Counted from the first letter of the stretch, positions 29,714-40,884 are shown. The stretch: 64,000 bases of DNA from Spirochaetia bacterium (GCA_965208575.1 CBDBOV010000004.1:928001-992000), one strand, 5' to 3'. Program-made: numbers and translations. Notes: generated by a model not told the origin, from the sequence alone.

Positions 29714-30391
29714 ATGTCGACGGCACTGCCCGATACGGGCCACATCAAGGCGGCCGTGATCGTCGGCGGCCACGGCTACGACGTTCCCGGATTCAAGACG
29801 CTGTTCGACTCCCTGGAGGGGGTGGACTGGTACCTGCAGGACATCGACAACTGGGCCGGCTCGCCGGTGGCGGACCAGTACGACGTGTTCGTGTTCTACC
29901 ACATGGTGGCGTGGGGGGTGTGGAGCCTGCGCCCCGACATGGCCGAGCGCATCGACGAAGCCAACCGGCAGATCGGCACCACCGGCCAGGGCTGGTTCGT
30001 GTGGCACCACGCGCTGCTGTCGTATCCCGAGAGCGCCGCCTTCGACCGCGTGTGCAACTCGGTCGACCGCACGTTGAAGAAGCCGGGCCGGTTCACGCCG
30101 CGCATCGACATGAACGTGCACGTCGAGCACCCCGACCACCCGGTCACCGCCGGCGTGCAAGACTTCGCCATCTCCGGCGAAGGCTTCCTGCTGCCGGCAT
30201 GCGGCCCGGACAGCACCGTCCTGCTGACCCACGACCACGCCGGCAACATCCCCTCGCTGGCGTGGTGCCACGAGCTGGACCGCTCGCGCGTGCTGTGCTG
30301 GCAGTCGGGCCACGACGCCACCGAGTGGACCAACCCCGGCTTCAAGAGAGTGTTCCAGCAAGGCATCGAATGGCTGGCCCGCCGTCGATAG
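29714..30391 (+). CDS. ThuA-like domain protein (class I GATase-like fold)
   Basis: GGHGYD, WHHA, HPDHPVTAGVQDF...E and SGHD...W.NPGF...GIEWLA motifs. Confidence 0.8.
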   Translation: MSTALPDTGHIKAAVIVGGHGYDVPGFKTLFDSLEGVDWYLQDIDNWAGSPVADQYDVFVFYHMVAWGVWSLRPDMAERIDEANRQIGTTGQGWFVWHHALLSYPESAAFDRVCNSVDRTLKKPGRFTPRIDMNVHVEHPDHPVTAGVQDFAISGEGFLLPACGPDSTVLLTHDHAGNIPSLAWCHELDRSRVLCWQSGHDATEWTNPGFKRVFQQGIEWLARRR

Positions 30392-30657
30392 GATGCCCGG
30401 ACACCGCGGTGCGCGTGTACGCCTGTGGCCCCAACTTCGAGCGCCTGGGGCGGGTGGCGGCGCTGGCCAAGCGCAGGGGAGCCAGCATCGCCCAGGTCGC
30501 CCTGGCGTTCCTGCTCACCGGCCCCCTGAACGTGTTCGCCCTCACCGGCCCGCGCTCCCCCGCCGAATTCGCCGATAACGCCGCCGCCCTGGACATCACC
30601 CTCACCGCCGCCGAACGCGCCTGGCTCGACCTGGAAACCGATAGCACTCCAGTGTAA
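30392..30657 (+). pseudogene. C-terminal fragment of an aldo/keto reductase
   Basis: NFERL.R...LAKRRGASIAQVALAFLL...F.LTG.R..E..DN..AL.I.LT..E..WL is an AKR C-terminus. It has no start codon or N-terminal domain. Confidence 0.75.
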
Positions 30658-30817
30658 ACTGCTGGTCAGTGAAACTACTCAGCATAGACGCCACGAACTA
30701 CCGCAGCCTGCGTCATACGAGCGTCACCGTAGAAGACCTGACTCTCTTCATCGGAGCCAATGCTTCCGGAAAGAGTTCGATACTCGACGCACTTCGCTTC
30801 CTCAGCGAGGTGGTTAG

Positions 30818-32588
30818 CCCGCATCGCTCACCAAGGGGATCGGCTGGCCGATTTGGTCCCGAGTTGAGGGCGCCGGAAGTGTGCAGAGAGCAAGGAGGGG
30901 CCGTGGGGCGGCGGTGCGAGCGTGGTTTTCGTGCCACGCGCCGCTGATCAGGTCGTAATGGTCAGTCACAGGCGCTGCAAGCTGCGGAATTGGACGCACC
31001 TCCCCCTGGTCAGACCTGCTGCAGTGAGTTTCGTGGCGCTGTGGCGGGGCTACCCAGGTGCGTCGCGCACAGGGGCCACGCACACGGGGGCAGCGCGCAG
31101 GGCGGTGAGCGCCTGTGCGAACAGCTCCTGCAACGGATATACCGATGACAACGAGATCCGTACCCTGCGCACCGACACCTTGATACGTCCCGCGAGCTTG
31201 ATCAGCCGCGCCCGGATGGTGTCGAAGCGCGCGTTGGCAAGCTCGGTTCCTTGCAGTCCCACGCGGCGCAGGATCGTCAACAGGATGCCGGCAAAGGCGG
31301 AGAAGTACAGCCGTATCTGATTGGCACGCATCGTCGCCGTCGAGGTACGGTCGGCGAACAGCCACAGTTGCTGCTCCTTGATGCGGTTCTCCATGTCACC
31401 ACGGGCGCAGTACAGCTCTTCGTAGAGGGCCTGCTTGGCAATCGTCTGCCGGTCGAGGCTGGTCACCACGAAGCGCGGATTGCCGCCGCCGGTGCCAGGC
31501 AGCCACTCCGCCTTGGCCACCACCCGGCGGCTTCGGCTCCACGAGTCCAGCGTTCGGTAGCGGAACTCCCGGAACCGTCGCGACGCCTTCCCGCTCGCCG
31601 CACTGCGGCGCCGCGACTTGCGCAGCGCCTTGGCGATGCGCCGCTGCAGGCGTGCGTTGCGCGCCAAGCCGAGCACATAATCGACGCCGTTGTCCTCGCA
31701 CCAAGCCATGATCGATTCGCGACAGAATCCCGAGTCACCGCGCACCAGAATCTTCGTCTCCGGCCAGCGTTGGCGGATCTGCGCCACTATCACTGTCAGT
31801 TCCTCCACCGCTCCGTCACTCGCGTCGCAGTCGGCGCGGCGCAGACGGCAGCGCAGCACATGCTCGCCACAGGTGATGTACAGCGGCAGATAACAGTAAT
31901 GGCCGTAGTAGCCATGGAAGAAGCGGCCTTCCTGGTTGCCGTGCAACCGGTCATCGGTCGCATCCAGATCCAGCACTACCTGTGCCGGCGGTCGCCGCTC
32001 GCTGTCCAGAAACAGATCCACCAGCAGGTCGTCGATGATCCGGCCATCGGCGAGGATCTTCTTGTAGCGATGACACTTGGCCGTGTCTGGATCGCCCAGC
32101 TCCAGGCGGTTCAAGGTGCTGGACCCGGCCAGGGCGTGACCGCGGTCACGTTCGCGCAGGCGCTGCGCGCCGGTCACATCGGCGCACCCGGTGGCCAACG
32201 CCAGAGCGCTGTCGTCACGCAATCGGTCATGGTCATTGAGGTCCTCATAGCCGGCCGCCAGCCCCAGCACCCGCTGGGCGATCAGGATCTGAAGGGGATG
32301 CTCGACCCGCTCCGGATCGCGATAGTCGGTGAAACAGGCCGCCAGTCGGCCGGTCACGTCAAATAACCGGTCAGCTTCGCGGAGCAACAGCACGCCGCTG
32401 TCCGATGTCAGCCGACCGCCATCAAACGCGCCCACGACCGAGCGCCGTCCGAGACCTTCAAATAGCAGTTGTTCTGTAGTACAGTGTGTTTCCACGGGGT
32501 GGTTCCTTGTGGCTTTGTATTTGTTGCTACCATATACAGATAACCACAAATTCCACCCCGTGTCTATCCCCCTGGTGAGCTTTCCGGG
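30818..32588 (-). mobile_element. IS1380-family insertion sequence (1771 bp)
   Basis: 23-bp imperfect TIRs CCCGCATCGCTCACCAAGGGGAT and revcomp CCCGGAAAGCTCACCAGGGGGAT, with a TTAG duplication at 30814-30817 and 32589-32592. Confidence 0.93.
31050..32495 (-). CDS. IS1380-family DDE transposase
   Basis: FDGGRLTSDSG, GYEDLNDHD.LR.D, LDLDATDD..HG.QE, RGDSGF and RGDMENRIKE motifs. GTG start at 32495. Confidence 0.95.
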   Translation of the reverse strand: METHCTTEQLLFEGLGRRSVVGAFDGGRLTSDSGVLLLREADRLFDVTGRLAACFTDYRDPERVEHPLQILIAQRVLGLAAGYEDLNDHDRLRDDSALALATGCADVTGAQRLRERDRGHALAGSSTLNRLELGDPDTAKCHRYKKILADGRIIDDLLVDLFLDSERRPPAQVVLDLDATDDRLHGNQEGRFFHGYYGHYCYLPLYITCGEHVLRCRLRRADCDASDGAVEELTVIVAQIRQRWPETKILVRGDSGFCRESIMAWCEDNGVDYVLGLARNARLQRRIAKALRKSRRRSAASGKASRRFREFRYRTLDSWSRSRRVVAKAEWLPGTGGGNPRFVVTSLDRQTIAKQALYEELYCARGDMENRIKEQQLWLFADRTSTATMRANQIRLYFSAFAGILLTILRRVGLQGTELANARFDTIRARLIKLAGRIKVSVRRVRISLSSVYPLQELFAQALTALRAAPVCVAPVRDAPG

Positions 32589-33577
32589 TTAGGGCCCGTG
32601 ATTTTGGTCCGCCAATCTACTCACGTGGCGGCTTCCTCAATCTCGCCTGGAAGGGCCAGGATGCCAGCTTCGTATCGCTTGCTGTTTCCTTCGATGAGGA
32701 GGACACCCGCTTCGACTGGTCCGTGAGATTGGTGAGGCAGGATCACGATTTCTTTGTTGAAGAGCAAGTGTCTGAAGCATCGAAAGGGCGTCCACCGGCC
32801 GAACTGCTCAAGGCCACGAATGGAGGAGGATGGTGGTGGTCTGGCGAAGAACAACGACAGGTAAAACTGAAACAGAGCCCCACGGCATGCGCGCTGAGTG
32901 CGGCTTCTGCCGATGCATCGTTCGCCGCCCGCAGGGTTACCGAGTTTATCAACCGATGGGGATTCTTCGACCCGAGTCCGTATCTCCTTCGCAGAAATGC
33001 AACGTTCGCGGACTCCTCGTCGTTCGATCTCCACGGACGCAATCTTGCTGAACGTCTGTACCATCTGCAGGAGTCGACCCGCGATGTGTTCGACCGAGTA
33101 GTCGCCGCGACCCGGCTGGTAGTCGGTCTTCCAGACAAGATCGAAGTGCGGGAGTCGGAGGATCGCTGCTACTTTGTACAACAAGAAACCGGACTCAAAC
33201 ACCAGGTCCATCAGATGGGTGTATCCAGTGGAACGCTTCGGATCCTGGCGCTGATGACCGCAATATACGGCCAACCCGGCACCACGCTGGTGGGTATCGA
33301 AGAACCGGAGAACTATGTACACCCAACAGCAATCAGCTCGTTGGTGAACCACATGCGTGACGCAGAAGAAATCCAGTTCATGGTAACAACGCACTCGCCA
33401 CTGTTGCTTGACTGTCTCGACGATCCGGACGCGGTTGCGGTCGTGCGGCGTGACCCGGACAACGGAACCACCGTCTCGCGCGAGGGAAACGCGGAGGGCG
33501 TGCGAAAGGCGCTTGAGGAGTCCGAATTCGGTCTGGGTGAGTACCATAGTACCAAGGGCTTTGGACTCTGAACGGAG

Positions 33578-34177
33578 ATGCCGAAAAGGGTCACCGTAAT
33601 TGCATCTGGCGAAACAGAGCGACGCGCCATTCCAGTACTGTGGCGAAAGCTCGATGACGACGGAATCGAGGTCGACGTTCGAATTCCGCCGCACGGCAAA
33701 CTACATGCGAAGGTCGTTCGACAAATTATCCAAGCACAGCGTTACGGAAGCGGTGATCGTCCACCTGATAAGTACGTAGTCCTTGTCGATACTGACGGAA
33801 AAACACCCGACGAAGCCCTCCGCGCGATCAGACAGCGCCTCTCAGAAACAATACCCGATGAGTTGCGACCACTTGTCAGGTACGCATACGCACAATGGCA
33901 CCTCGAAGCGTGGTACTTCGCCGACGCCGAGAACCTCAGAAGACACATGAGCGGACGGTCACTCGGTCATGTTGACACTTCCAGACCCGATGAGGTCACC
34001 CGTCCGAAGGAGCACTTGAAGAACTTGCTCAGGCGTGGCAAGCTCGTATACAGCGCAAGATTGTCTGAAGAAATCGCTCAGGAGCTCAAACCACAAACGA
34101 TATTTGCACGAAGCCCGAGCTTCCGTGAGTTCTGTTCCGCCGTACGCAACGGTCCCTTGGCCGATGACGCACAGTAA
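33578..34177 (+). CDS. DUF4276-like (TOPRIM-related) partner of the AAA ATPase
   Basis: It starts 6 nt after the ATPase stop. The pattern GETE...VLVDTD...LEAWYFAD...PKEHL...SPSF matches DUF4276/RloB-type proteins, and GC is lower than in flanking genes. Confidence 0.75.
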   Translation: MPKRVTVIASGETERRAIPVLWRKLDDDGIEVDVRIPPHGKLHAKVVRQIIQAQRYGSGDRPPDKYVVLVDTDGKTPDEALRAIRQRLSETIPDELRPLVRYAYAQWHLEAWYFADAENLRRHMSGRSLGHVDTSRPDEVTRPKEHLKNLLRRGKLVYSARLSEEIAQELKPQTIFARSPSFREFCSAVRNGPLADDAQ

Positions 34178-34381
34178 CGCGACGTAAGGAATGAAGAACG
34201 TAGTTTCGTGACGTAGTAGAAAATGGAACAAAGTCGAGTGGCGCCGATCGGAGACAACCTTCGGTAAGCCAAGATCCCGGTACCGATTGGCGACTCACAG
34301 CAGCACACCGTCGCACGGAGTGTTCACGATGTGTCGACGCTCGTTGTGCCTCCTTGGACCTGTGACGTACACTGCCGGGGC

Positions 34382-35137
34382 ATGAAACTGGAAGGAAGAT
34401 GTGCGCTGGTGACCGGCGGGGCGTCGGGGATCGGCAAGGCGAGTTGCGAGCTGTTCGCCCGCGAGGGGGCGAAGGTCGCCGTGGTGGACGTGAACGGCCC
34501 CGGGGCCGAGGAGACCGCGCACGGGATTGGCGCGGCGGGAGGCACGGCGCTGCCGTTCACGGCCGACGTGACGGATGAAGACCAGGTGGCGCGGGCGGTG
34601 GCCGGGGCGGTGGCGGAGTGGGGGCCGATCGGCGTGCTGCACAACCACGCCGGCCTGCTGCCGGCCAACGACGCCTCGATCTTCGACATCGACGCGGCCA
34701 CCATCGACGAGGCGCTGTCGATCAACGTCAAGGGGATGATCCTGGTCGGCAAGCACGTGGCGCGGGTGATGCGCGACGCCGGCGGCGGGGCGATCGTCAA
34801 CACCGCCTCCGACCTGTCCTACATCGCGCTCGGCGGCCTCACCACCTACGTTACCTCGAAGAGCGCCATCCCCGGCCTCACGCGGGTGATGGCCGCCGAT
34901 CTGGCCGACCACGGGGTGCGGGTGAACGCCGTGGCGCCCGGCTTCACCTACACCGGCATGACCGCGGGACTGCTGGACCAGCCGGACGTGCTGGAACCGA
35001 TGCGGGAGACCTACCTGATCAGGGAGCTCGGCCAGCCGGTCGACGTGGCCAACTGCGTGCTGTTCCTGGCCTCCGACGAGGCGCGCTTCGTCACCGGCGC
35101 CGTGTTGGTGGTGGACGGCGGCCACACGGTCCGGTAG
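34382..35137 (+). CDS. SDR family oxidoreductase
   Basis: TGGASGIG, NHAG, catalytic YVTSK, VRVNAVAPG and VDGG motifs. Confidence 0.95.
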   Translation: MKLEGRCALVTGGASGIGKASCELFAREGAKVAVVDVNGPGAEETAHGIGAAGGTALPFTADVTDEDQVARAVAGAVAEWGPIGVLHNHAGLLPANDASIFDIDAATIDEALSINVKGMILVGKHVARVMRDAGGGAIVNTASDLSYIALGGLTTYVTSKSAIPGLTRVMAADLADHGVRVNAVAPGFTYTGMTAGLLDQPDVLEPMRETYLIRELGQPVDVANCVLFLASDEARFVTGAVLVVDGGHTVR

Positions 35138-35213
35138 CGATGGCGCCGATCGGTTCCCGACCCGACGGGCGTCCGCCGAAGCCGGCGCCGCTGCCACGAT
35201 AGCCGGCTCGCGC

Positions 35214-36044
35214 ATGCGTGCGGACTGGACGCCCTCCGACGAGCGGCGGGTGCGCGAACGCTACCCGGACATGGTGGAGTGCCCGCCGCCGGCGATCCAT
35301 GCCTCGATCGAGTTGCTCGGCAGGCGCTGCACGGTCACCGATCTGAGCCACGAGATCGCGCCGAGCAACCCCACCTTCAAGGGCCACCAGCGCACGGTGA
35401 TGTGGCAGCACCTGTCGCACCAGGACGTGCAGCAGTTCGGGCTTACCGAGCCGCCCTACTCCTACGAAGTGGTGGCGTTCACCCTGTGCGGCCACACCTC
35501 CACCCACTGCGACTCGATCAGCCACATCGTGCCCGAGCAGGGCGCCCGGCCCATCGACAAGAGCCCTCTGCAGTGGCACATGGCACCGGGGATCTGGCTC
35601 GACTTCCGCGCCAAGGAGCCCAACTCCTACATCACCCGCGCCGACCTGGAAGGGCAGATGGCCGAGCACGGGCTGCAGATCAGGCAGGGCTCGGTGCTGC
35701 TGTACGCCACCGGGTGGAGCGACAAGTGGTCCGGCGACCCGTACTCCTACATCGCCGGCTACCCCGGCCTGGACGAGGAGGCGAGCCACTTCCTGGCCGA
35801 CTCCGGCGTGGTGGCGTTCGGCGCCGACGCGCCGAGCGTCGACTCCCACCACGAGGTGGCGGTGCGCCGCGTGCAGCCGGCGCACATGATGTGCCGGGAG
35901 CGCGGCATCCTGAACATGGAGAACCTGGCCAACGTGCACCGCATCCCGGAGCGCAGCTTCACCTTCATCGGCCTGCCGCTGAAGATCAGGAACGGCGCCG
36001 GCTCACCGATCCGGGCCGTGGCTATCACCGAGGATCGCGACTGA
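35214..36044 (+). CDS. Cyclase family (kynurenine formamidase-like) metal hydrolase
   Basis: HTSTHCD (a variant of HxGTHxD), YPG, G.DAPS.D, H, MENL and LPLKI..G.GSP.RAVA. Confidence 0.9.
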   Translation: MRADWTPSDERRVRERYPDMVECPPPAIHASIELLGRRCTVTDLSHEIAPSNPTFKGHQRTVMWQHLSHQDVQQFGLTEPPYSYEVVAFTLCGHTSTHCDSISHIVPEQGARPIDKSPLQWHMAPGIWLDFRAKEPNSYITRADLEGQMAEHGLQIRQGSVLLYATGWSDKWSGDPYSYIAGYPGLDEEASHFLADSGVVAFGADAPSVDSHHEVAVRRVQPAHMMCRERGILNMENLANVHRIPERSFTFIGLPLKIRNGAGSPIRAVAITEDRD

Positions 36045-36046
36045 GC

Positions 36047-37108
36047 ATGCAGGCGCTGGTGCTGACCGCTCCGAACCGGTTCTCGGTCGAGCAGGTGGCG
36101 GTTCCCGAAATCGGCGCGGACGACGTGCTGGTGCGCGTCGATACCACCTACATCTGCGGCACCGACCCGCACATCATCGCCGGCGACTTTCCCGGCTTCT
36201 GGCCCAGGTCGTACCCGTTCGTGCCCGGCCACGAGTGGTCGGGCACCGTGGTCGAGACCGGACCGGTCGCCGCCGGCCTCGGCTGGCGCGCCGGCGACCG
36301 CGTGTGCGCCACCTCGCACTGCGGCTGCGGCTACTGCCGCATGTGCCTGACGGGGCGCTACAACCTGTGCCTGAATTACGGCAACGAGGCGGTCGGCCAC
36401 CGCCAGTACGGCCACTACACCCCCGGCGGTTACGCCGAGTACGTGGCGGCCAGCGTCAAGAGCGTGTACCGCATCCCCGACAACCTGTCCCTGGCCGACG
36501 CGGCGGTGATCGACCCGCTCTCCATCGCCCTGTACACGGTCAAGCGCACCCGCCTGCAGCCGGGCGCCGACATCGTGATCCTCGGCGCCGGTCCGCAGGG
36601 CCTGATGGCGATCCTGTGCGCGGCGGCACTCGGCGCCGGGCGCATCATCGCCGCCGGCAGCGGCGAGCGGCTGGCACGCGCCCGCGAGCTGGGCGCCATC
36701 GGCATCGACTACCGCGCCGCCGACGTGGTCGAGGAGGTGCGCCGGCTGACCGGCGGCCTCGGCGCGCCGCACGTGGTGGAGTGCGCGGGTACGACACAGG
36801 CGTTCCGGCAGGCGTGCGAACTGGCCGCCAAGGGCGGCGTGATCTCCGCCATCGGCCTGCCCGCCGAGGACGCCCCCGTGCCGGTGCGCCGCCTGGTGCT
36901 CGACGAAGTGGAGATCCGCGGCGGGCGCGCCAACCCCAACACCGCCGAGGAAGCCCTCTCCCTGGTCATCAACGGCCGCGTCGACATCGCCCCGCTGTTC
37001 ACCCACCGCTTCCCGCTCGCCGAATTCGCCGACGCGCTCGACACCTTCAGCGGCCGCGTCGACGGCGCCATCAAGGTGGCCGTCTGCCCGGCCGACCGAC
37101 CCTCCTGA
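36047..37108 (+). CDS. Zinc-dependent medium-chain alcohol/polyol dehydrogenase
   Basis: ICGTD, PGHEWSG, structural Zn site CGCGYCRMC...C, and GAGPQG. Confidence 0.93.
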   Translation: MQALVLTAPNRFSVEQVAVPEIGADDVLVRVDTTYICGTDPHIIAGDFPGFWPRSYPFVPGHEWSGTVVETGPVAAGLGWRAGDRVCATSHCGCGYCRMCLTGRYNLCLNYGNEAVGHRQYGHYTPGGYAEYVAASVKSVYRIPDNLSLADAAVIDPLSIALYTVKRTRLQPGADIVILGAGPQGLMAILCAAALGAGRIIAAGSGERLARARELGAIGIDYRAADVVEEVRRLTGGLGAPHVVECAGTTQAFRQACELAAKGGVISAIGLPAEDAPVPVRRLVLDEVEIRGGRANPNTAEEALSLVINGRVDIAPLFTHRFPLAEFADALDTFSGRVDGAIKVAVCPADRPS

Positions 37109-37109
37109 C

Positions 37110-38318
37110 GTGGCCGGGCAGTCGCCGCGCCCCGCGCACCAGGTAGTCGACTCGCTGCCGGTATGGGGCGTGCCGGTCGCAGAGGCCGTGGAGCAGATGC
37201 AGCGCTGCCGGGTGCGCGCCGACTACGCCGCCCTGATGGCGGACCACCACCTCGGCTACGCGGTGCCGGTGGGCGGCGTGATCGCCTGGGCCGACCACGT
37301 CAGCCCATCGGGAGTCGGCTTCGACGTCTCCTGCGGCAACAAGGCGGTGCTCCTGGATGCCGACGCCGGGGAGGTACGCCGCCACATCGGTACGATCATG
37401 GATGACCTGTGGCGCACCCTGTCGTTCGGCATCGGGCGCAGGAACCGCGAGCCGGTGGAGCACGAGCTGTTCGACGACGACCCCGCCTGGGAGCTCCCCG
37501 AGGTCGCGCAGCACCGCGACATGGCGCGCGCCCAGCTCGGCACCATCGGCTCCGGCAACCACTACGTCGACCTGTTCGCCGACGAGGCGGACCGGGTGTG
37601 GGTCGGCGTCCACTTCGGCTCGCGCGGCCTCGGCCACAAGATCGCCAGCCACTTCATCCGCGCCGGCGGCGGCCGCGACGGCATCCACGTCGATCCGGTG
37701 CTGCTCGCGGCCGGCAGCGACCTCGGGCAGCGCTACCTGGCGTGCATGCAGCTCGCCGGCCGCTACGCCTACGCCGGGCGCGACTGGGTGTGCGCCCGCG
37801 TCGCCCGCCTGCTCGGCGCCACGGTCCTGGACGAGGTGCACAACCACCACAACTTCGCCTGGCGCGAGCACCACTTCGGGCGCGACCTGTGGGTGGTGCG
37901 CAAGGGCGCCACCCCGGCGTTCCCCGGGCAGCGCGGCTTCATCGGCGGCTCCATGGGCGACATCTCCGTGATCGTGGAGGGCGTCGACAGCGAGGAGAGC
38001 CGCCTCACCCTGCGCTCCACCGTGCACGGCGCCGGCCGGGTGATGTCGCGGCGCCGCGCCGCCGGCAAGCGCCGCCGCCGGCGCGGGCGCGTCGAGCAGA
38101 TCACCCAAGGTGAAGTGAGCCGCGAGATGATGCAGGAGTGGCTGCAGCGGACCGGCGTGGAGCTGCGCGGCGCCGGCACCGACGAGTCACCGCACTGCTA
38201 CAAGCGCATCGAAGAGGTACTCGGCTGCCACGCCGCCAGCATCCGCATCCTGCACACCCTCACCCCCCTCGGCGTCGCCATGGCCGCCCCCGACGAATTC
38301 GACCCCTTCCGCGACTGA
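37110..38318 (+). CDS. rtcB: RNA-splicing/repair ligase RtcB family
   Basis: D.H.GY..P.GG, VGFDVSCG, GTIGSGNHY, HFGSRG, HNFAW, RKGAT, GSMG, HGAGR and DESP..YK are all present. Confidence 0.93.
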   Translation: MAGQSPRPAHQVVDSLPVWGVPVAEAVEQMQRCRVRADYAALMADHHLGYAVPVGGVIAWADHVSPSGVGFDVSCGNKAVLLDADAGEVRRHIGTIMDDLWRTLSFGIGRRNREPVEHELFDDDPAWELPEVAQHRDMARAQLGTIGSGNHYVDLFADEADRVWVGVHFGSRGLGHKIASHFIRAGGGRDGIHVDPVLLAAGSDLGQRYLACMQLAGRYAYAGRDWVCARVARLLGATVLDEVHNHHNFAWREHHFGRDLWVVRKGATPAFPGQRGFIGGSMGDISVIVEGVDSEESRLTLRSTVHGAGRVMSRRRAAGKRRRRRGRVEQITQGEVSREMMQEWLQRTGVELRGAGTDESPHCYKRIEEVLGCHAASIRILHTLTPLGVAMAAPDEFDPFRD

Positions 38319-38330
38319 ACGCTCTCATCA

Positions 38331-38360
38331 ATTGACAGCACATATTGCTGTCAATACGAT
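38331..38360 (+). promoter_or_regulatory. Sigma70 promoter overlapped by a palindromic operator of the vapBC operon
   Basis: TTGACA (38332-38337), a 17-nt spacer and TACGAT (38355-38360), overlapped by the perfect inverted repeat ATTGACAGCA-N5-TGCTGTCAAT (38331-38355). Confidence 0.85.
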
Positions 38361-38369
38361 TGGGTGGCG

Positions 38370-38627
38370 ATGAGTTCCACGGTCACGGTCCGCAATATCG
38401 ATCCGGCAGACAAGTCCTGGCTCAGGCGCGAAGCGCGCCAGATGGGCGTATCAATGGAGGAACTGGTCCGCCGGCTCATTCGAGAGAAGCGCACGAAGGC
38501 CGGTCGGCGCCCCAAGCCGTCCGAAGCGTTCCGACGGTACTTCGGACCCGACCATGGCGTCGAGTTGCCGCCGCCGGAGCGGTACGCGTACCGGCGGGTG
38601 GAGTTCGGCTCGGAAGATGAGAGATGA
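38370..38627 (+). CDS. FitA-like ribbon-helix-helix antitoxin
   Basis: STVTVRNID...K..L...A...GVSMEE.VR.LI is a FitA/Arc-type RHH pattern. It overlaps the PIN gene. Confidence 0.85.
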   Translation: MSSTVTVRNIDPADKSWLRREARQMGVSMEELVRRLIREKRTKAGRRPKPSEAFRRYFGPDHGVELPPPERYAYRRVEFGSEDER

Positions 38628-39066
38628 CGGACCCGTCGCTTGGCTGATCGATACGAACGTCGTCTCCGAGATGATGCGCCCGAACCCGGAGCCGCGCGTG
38701 GCCGCATTCCTGGACCAGATCGCCGACGATGGGATCGGTCTCGCGTCAATCACCGTGTGGGAGATCCTCAACGGCATCGGCCGGCTTGACGCCGGGCACA
38801 GGCGCGCACACTTGGCAGACCGGTTCCAAGATCTTCTGGGCGACCTGTTCGAGGACCGGATAGTCGATTGGACAAGCGACCATGCGCGGGCGTGCGCCCG
38901 CATCATGGAACACAAGCGGCGCCGGGGAGAGCCGCTCGACGACCACCTCCCGGACGCATTCCTCGCCGCCACCGCGGCGCACCTCGGTCTTACCGTGGTC
39001 ACGCGAAACACGAGTCAATTCCGCAACACCGGCGTCGAAGTGGTGGATCCGTGGTCTCGGGGCTGA
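38617..39066 (+). CDS. vapC: VapC/FitB PIN-domain toxin
   Basis: LIDTNVVSE, SITVWEI..G, D..LAATA and VVTRN...F motifs. Confidence 0.92.
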   Translation: MRDDGPVAWLIDTNVVSEMMRPNPEPRVAAFLDQIADDGIGLASITVWEILNGIGRLDAGHRRAHLADRFQDLLGDLFEDRIVDWTSDHARACARIMEHKRRRGEPLDDHLPDAFLAATAAHLGLTVVTRNTSQFRNTGVEVVDPWSRG

Positions 39067-39150
39067 ACGTTACTGCACCGCGCCGAGGGTGAGACCGCGG
39101 ACGAATCTGCGGTGGTGCTGGACATGCGCTACACTTGGAGCAGGCAGCAA

Positions 39151-40743
<1,593 letters not shown>

Positions 40744-40884
40744 CCGGGTAGATCGCCCAAACCATCCGAGGTGCGACCGCTCCAAACAGGTCAAGCGACG
40801 ATCCTGGACAGTGCACCGAGCTACTGCCCCACGCAAGCGCACGCTCGGCCATCCGGGCTAGCTGGTTGCGGGAAATTGCAAATG

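Larger units (their letters stand above)
30669..33571 (+). pseudogene. ABC/SMC-type (AAA_21/AAA_15) ATPase interrupted by IS1380
   Basis: The 5' part (30669-30817) has NYRSL and Walker A GANASGKS. The 3' part (32593-33571) has SSGTLR, IEEPE and TTHSP. Joining the two gives one in-frame 375-aa ORF (..SEVVRARDFG..). Confidence 0.92.

Noticed and set aside
27061-32588. Composite transposon carrying the cupin/ThuA genes
   Set aside because: The two IS elements belong to different families and each has its own target duplication, so they are independent insertions.
37110-38318. Intein in RtcB
   Set aside because: The length (~400 aa) and continuous motif order leave no room for an insertion.
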